From sequence record NC_041973.1: a stretch of 64,000 nt of DNA; one strand, given 5' to 3'. Positions 60,784-64,000 of the stretch are shown here, piece by piece. Position 1 is the first letter of the stretch; each line of letters opens with the position of its first letter. Position numbers and translations under genes: made by a program. The notes under the pieces were generated by a model that saw only the letters and a program-made list of their open reading frames with translations, did no database searches and was not told where the DNA came from.

Positions 60784-63051
60784 ATGGCATTGAAACTTCT
60801 GCATGTAGCTAAAACCGCCGACATGCTGTCACGCATCCAATCTCAGATCAATGGCGGCCATGCATCAGGCGACGCTACCGCGGTTAAAAGCTACGGTATG
60901 GAGTCGCTTGACGGCAACACTCTGGGCGCGCAGGAAACCGCCATCAAAAATGGTATCTCTGTCATTACCGACGTGATCGCTCAGGGCACTGCATCTCAGG
61001 GCCAGAGCTACGCCGGTAACGGTCTGGAAGGTTTCTCTGATGCACAGATCCAAGCGGCATCAATCGCACTGACTATCGGTGGTGACTTCCAGGGTTACAT
61101 CGGTGCACTGAAAAACAACTCTAACCGTGCCATGTCTGCATCTGACCTGAGCCTGGTTTCCGGTAGCCGTTACGGCTCTGCTAACATGAAGCAGGGTTAC
61201 GGTACCGAAGCTTTCGAACAGGCGCAGAGCTTTGTTCCTCAGCAGAACGCAACGGTTGAATACAACCTGAAAGCGGCTAAGCAGGATGCCGTTGGTGAAG
61301 CCTTCTTCCCAACTACTACCCTGACGCCAAACGACATCGGCCTGAGCGTAACTGTGCCGGTTGACATCGTTGAACCTTTCATCAAGCACAAAGCAAATGG
61401 CGAAGTGACGGATTGGCAGCGTAAGAAGCTCATCAACGCAATGCGTGACCCGACCATTCTGCGTAACGACGCGATCAAGCTGATTCCTTATCGTCCACTG
61501 GACGGCAGCAACGACGCACAGTTCGCAGTAGGCGTGCCGAAGTTCAACGAAATTCAGGGCGGCGAAGAAGTACCAACTGGTGCACTGAAGCCTGGTATCA
61601 AAATCGGTTTCATGGGTCTGTGCTCTACTCCGTCTCTGGTTCAGGCCGGCGCGCTGGAAGCATCTGATCAGATCGACACCGGTGCTCGTCTGCAGTACAT
61701 CTGGATCGAAGTAGCTAACGCCTCTGGTACCAAAGAGCTGTTCAAGCTGCGTACTGATCACCTGGATCGTTCTACTTTCCAGAAATCTCAGGAAGGCGAT
61801 AAGTTCGAGACGTCTCTGGACTTCTCTAACATCACCATCGCGCTGAACGACCTGAACAAAACCACCGACAACACCGATTCAGCTCTGCTGGCTCCGTTGG
61901 TGACTTCTGGTCAGCAAGCGATCCTGGCGCTGGATATCAAAGGCACCATGAACCACGAGAAAGGCAGCCTGGTAGTTAACTCGCTGACTAACCCGTCTAT
62001 CATCCGTGTTTACGATACCGTGGCTAAAGAAGATGCGAACACCAAGTCTGGTGCTCTGCGTGACGCAATCGACGCTCTGACGATCACCTTCAAAGGTTAC
62101 TTCGTCCGCGCTAACCTGCGTAACAGCAACTTCCGTACCCGCGAGCAGCGTGTTGACCGCCAGACTTCCGTGTACAAGTACATGGTACAGCTGGGCGCGC
62201 CAATCACTGCTATCGCTCCAGTAACTGACGCATGGGGCCCGAAAGAGTCTATCGCAGTTGAAACCCTGAGCAACGCAACGTATGCACGTAACTCCGCAAT
62301 GGCTATCAGCCGTCTGCTGGACTACGTTGAAACCATCCGTGATGCAGGCGTGACCAACAACGGTCTGTGGCAGCGTTACGATGAGAACAGCATCGAAGGC
62401 GTTGGTAAAGCTGTAGTTGATCCATGGTACGGCGAAGGTAGCTTTGACATCTCTAAAGTTGTCAACGGTGTTAAATCTTCTCAGACCCGCGATGACGTTT
62501 CTGAAAAGATCCTGAACATCCTGCGTACCTACGCATACCGCATGAACGCCGAGTCTGGCTACAACGTTGCACTGCAGATGCTGTACAACGAAGTTCAGCC
62601 AACGCTGGTTATCGCAACCGACAACATCATCGCGCAGTACCTGATGGAAGTTGGTGACCTCCGCACAGCTGGTATCAGCTTCAAAGTGCACGTGGCCACC
62701 ACCAACAACATCGAGATGCGCGGCAAGATCATCATGACCCTGTCTCGTATGAAGTCAGGCGGTCTGGATCTGCTGACGTTCGGTATGCACCTGTGGGTGC
62801 CTGAGATCGTAGCAACTGTTAACGTAATGCGTAACGGTACCTACATCGAAGAAACCATGGTGCAGCCGCGTAACCTGCACGTAGTGGTTTGCCCAATCGT
62901 GGCGAACATCACCATCACCGGTCTGGAAGAAGCGTACACCGGCAAGATCACTGTCCCTGTTGACATCGTGAGCGAGCCTGAGTCTGCTGGCGCCCAAGAC
63001 CTGGGTGGTCTGAACACTACTCCGGCAACTACTACCAACCCTGCTGCGTAA
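60784..63051 (+). CDS. Major capsid protein (phiKZ gp120-like)
   Basis: 755 aa; propeptide with GME|S, GLE|GF, GTE|AF; ETMVQPRNLHV C-terminal motif; most biased codon usage in the window; synteny after dnaB/gp119. Confidence 0.9.
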   Translation: MALKLLHVAKTADMLSRIQSQINGGHASGDATAVKSYGMESLDGNTLGAQETAIKNGISVITDVIAQGTASQGQSYAGNGLEGFSDAQIQAASIALTIGGDFQGYIGALKNNSNRAMSASDLSLVSGSRYGSANMKQGYGTEAFEQAQSFVPQQNATVEYNLKAAKQDAVGEAFFPTTTLTPNDIGLSVTVPVDIVEPFIKHKANGEVTDWQRKKLINAMRDPTILRNDAIKLIPYRPLDGSNDAQFAVGVPKFNEIQGGEEVPTGALKPGIKIGFMGLCSTPSLVQAGALEASDQIDTGARLQYIWIEVANASGTKELFKLRTDHLDRSTFQKSQEGDKFETSLDFSNITIALNDLNKTTDNTDSALLAPLVTSGQQAILALDIKGTMNHEKGSLVVNSLTNPSIIRVYDTVAKEDANTKSGALRDAIDALTITFKGYFVRANLRNSNFRTREQRVDRQTSVYKYMVQLGAPITAIAPVTDAWGPKESIAVETLSNATYARNSAMAISRLLDYVETIRDAGVTNNGLWQRYDENSIEGVGKAVVDPWYGEGSFDISKVVNGVKSSQTRDDVSEKILNILRTYAYRMNAESGYNVALQMLYNEVQPTLVIATDNIIAQYLMEVGDLRTAGISFKVHVATTNNIEMRGKIIMTLSRMKSGGLDLLTFGMHLWVPEIVATVNVMRNGTYIEETMVQPRNLHVVVCPIVANITITGLEEAYTGKITVPVDIVSEPESAGAQDLGGLNTTPATTTNPAA

Positions 63052-63078
63052 GCACCAGGCGCGAGAGTAATCCGTAGC

Positions 63079-63118
63079 GCATAAACAGAGGAGGAGCATT
63101 GCTCCTCCTCTTATGCCG
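63079..63118 (+). terminator. GCATAA-hairpin-TTATGCCG element after the capsid gene
   Basis: GAGGAGGAGC-ATT-GCTCCTCCTC + TTATGCCG; no poly-T. Confidence 0.75.
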
Positions 63119-63156
63119 TGTGATTTTATAGAGGCACACACCAGGGGCGGATAGTA

Positions 63157-63870
63157 ATGCTTGAATTACTAATGATAGGAAGGAAGAAAGCAACAGGGGG
63201 TGGGACACCTGCGGATCTTGGACCAGGACCTGCCTCCATGCTTGGGTATTACGAGCGACCGGATGGCGGTAACTCAGGGTACTTCGGTACCTTTACTAAT
63301 TTTGTTTCAACAGCCGGGTTATGTCAATCTATCGGGTTAACTGCAGGTTACCAGCAAGTTGAGAATGCCACTTGGCATAAGTTTCTGTTAGATGGTAAGA
63401 TCCTCTTTATACCAACCAACTATATCGTACGTAATCTTCACTGGAACTACATTTATAATGCCGGGGCAGTATACGGGGATGACAGTTTTGGTCTTTATCA
63501 AAGCCCAACGCCAACAGCACAGAGTGCCATGCATGTGACGGTGGATGGTCGGGTTTATCGCGTGCGGTTAGTATCTATCTCAAATGGCGATCCGGCTCTG
63601 ACAGGCCAAATCGATAAAACCACCGAATGGGGTCGGTTGATGTATCCGATTGATCCAACGGTAGATGCTAGTAATACTGAAGCGGGTAAGAAATGGGGTA
63701 ACGTGGGACTGCTTTTGAGTTCAACGCAGATTCTGGCAAAGGAGACCTACGCCAGCACACCTGCTAGTAGCCTGGTTGTGGTTACGAATTCTACGACACG
63801 CTCCGCTCAATCTAAATCATCCGCACCCAGTAACTGCACCTGGCGTCCGATTCTTGAACTTGTGCAGTAA
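63157..63870 (+). CDS. MLELLM-family virion structural protein
   Basis: WHKFLLDGKILFIP and YRVRL motifs typical of a phiKZ-like paralogous structural family. Confidence 0.7.
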   Translation: MLELLMIGRKKATGGGTPADLGPGPASMLGYYERPDGGNSGYFGTFTNFVSTAGLCQSIGLTAGYQQVENATWHKFLLDGKILFIPTNYIVRNLHWNYIYNAGAVYGDDSFGLYQSPTPTAQSAMHVTVDGRVYRVRLVSISNGDPALTGQIDKTTEWGRLMYPIDPTVDASNTEAGKKWGNVGLLLSSTQILAKETYASTPASSLVVVTNSTTRSAQSKSSAPSNCTWRPILELVQ

Positions 63871-63875
63871 GCTCT

Positions 63876-63906
63876 AAGAGGAAGGCTCCGGCCTCCTCTT
63901 ATGCCG
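63876..63906 (+). terminator. Hairpin-TTATGCCG element
   Basis: AAGAGGAAGGC-TCCG-GCCTCCTCTT + ATGCCG. Confidence 0.7.
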
Positions 63907-63923
63907 ATCTGAAAGAATTACAG

Positions 63924-63934
63924 ACCTACATTAC
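63924..63934 (+). promoter_or_regulatory. Candidate phage early promoter ACCTACATTAC
   Basis: Third exact ACCTACATTA copy, right after a terminator. Confidence 0.55.
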
Positions 63935-64000
63935 TAACTAGATGTAACAGCGACGCTAGTGTTTAGTTGAAGCCTTACATCTATGTGGAGTTAGGCGCGT

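Overview
A 64-kb segment of a phiKZ-like jumbo phage (Chimalliviridae-type), standard genetic code. The assignment rests on gene content and order: an SF2 helicase C-terminus, the C-terminal subunit of a split virion RNA polymerase beta', the exonuclease/motif-A half of a split family-B DNA polymerase, a long block of protease-processed head proteins, baseplate/neck genes, a collagen-like fibre, dTMP kinase, a DnaB-like helicase and the major capsid protein. phiKZ gp numbers below come from synteny and recalled family features, not from a search. The nuclear-shell gene is not in the window and the host cannot be read from the sequence. Three plus-strand ORFan islands (about 0.7-8.5, 13.9-18.9 and 54.1-58.2 kb) and a minus-strand fibre cassette (20.6-22.8 kb) interrupt the core. 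No tRNA, CRISPR array, intron or intein was seen. The most notable signals are: (1) a candidate -1 frameshift on a T8 run that would fuse two tail-assembly-chaperone-like ORFs; (2) a dispersed element made of a GC hairpin plus UUAUGCC(G), often without a poly-U tail; (3) a Tad2/DUF2829-like immune-signal sponge; (4) an M48-like metalloprotease motif set in a head protein; (5) an RBS-occluding hairpin with a promoter-like hexamer in its loop; (6) a collagen-fibre repeat module reused at the N-terminus of an unrelated acidic protein.
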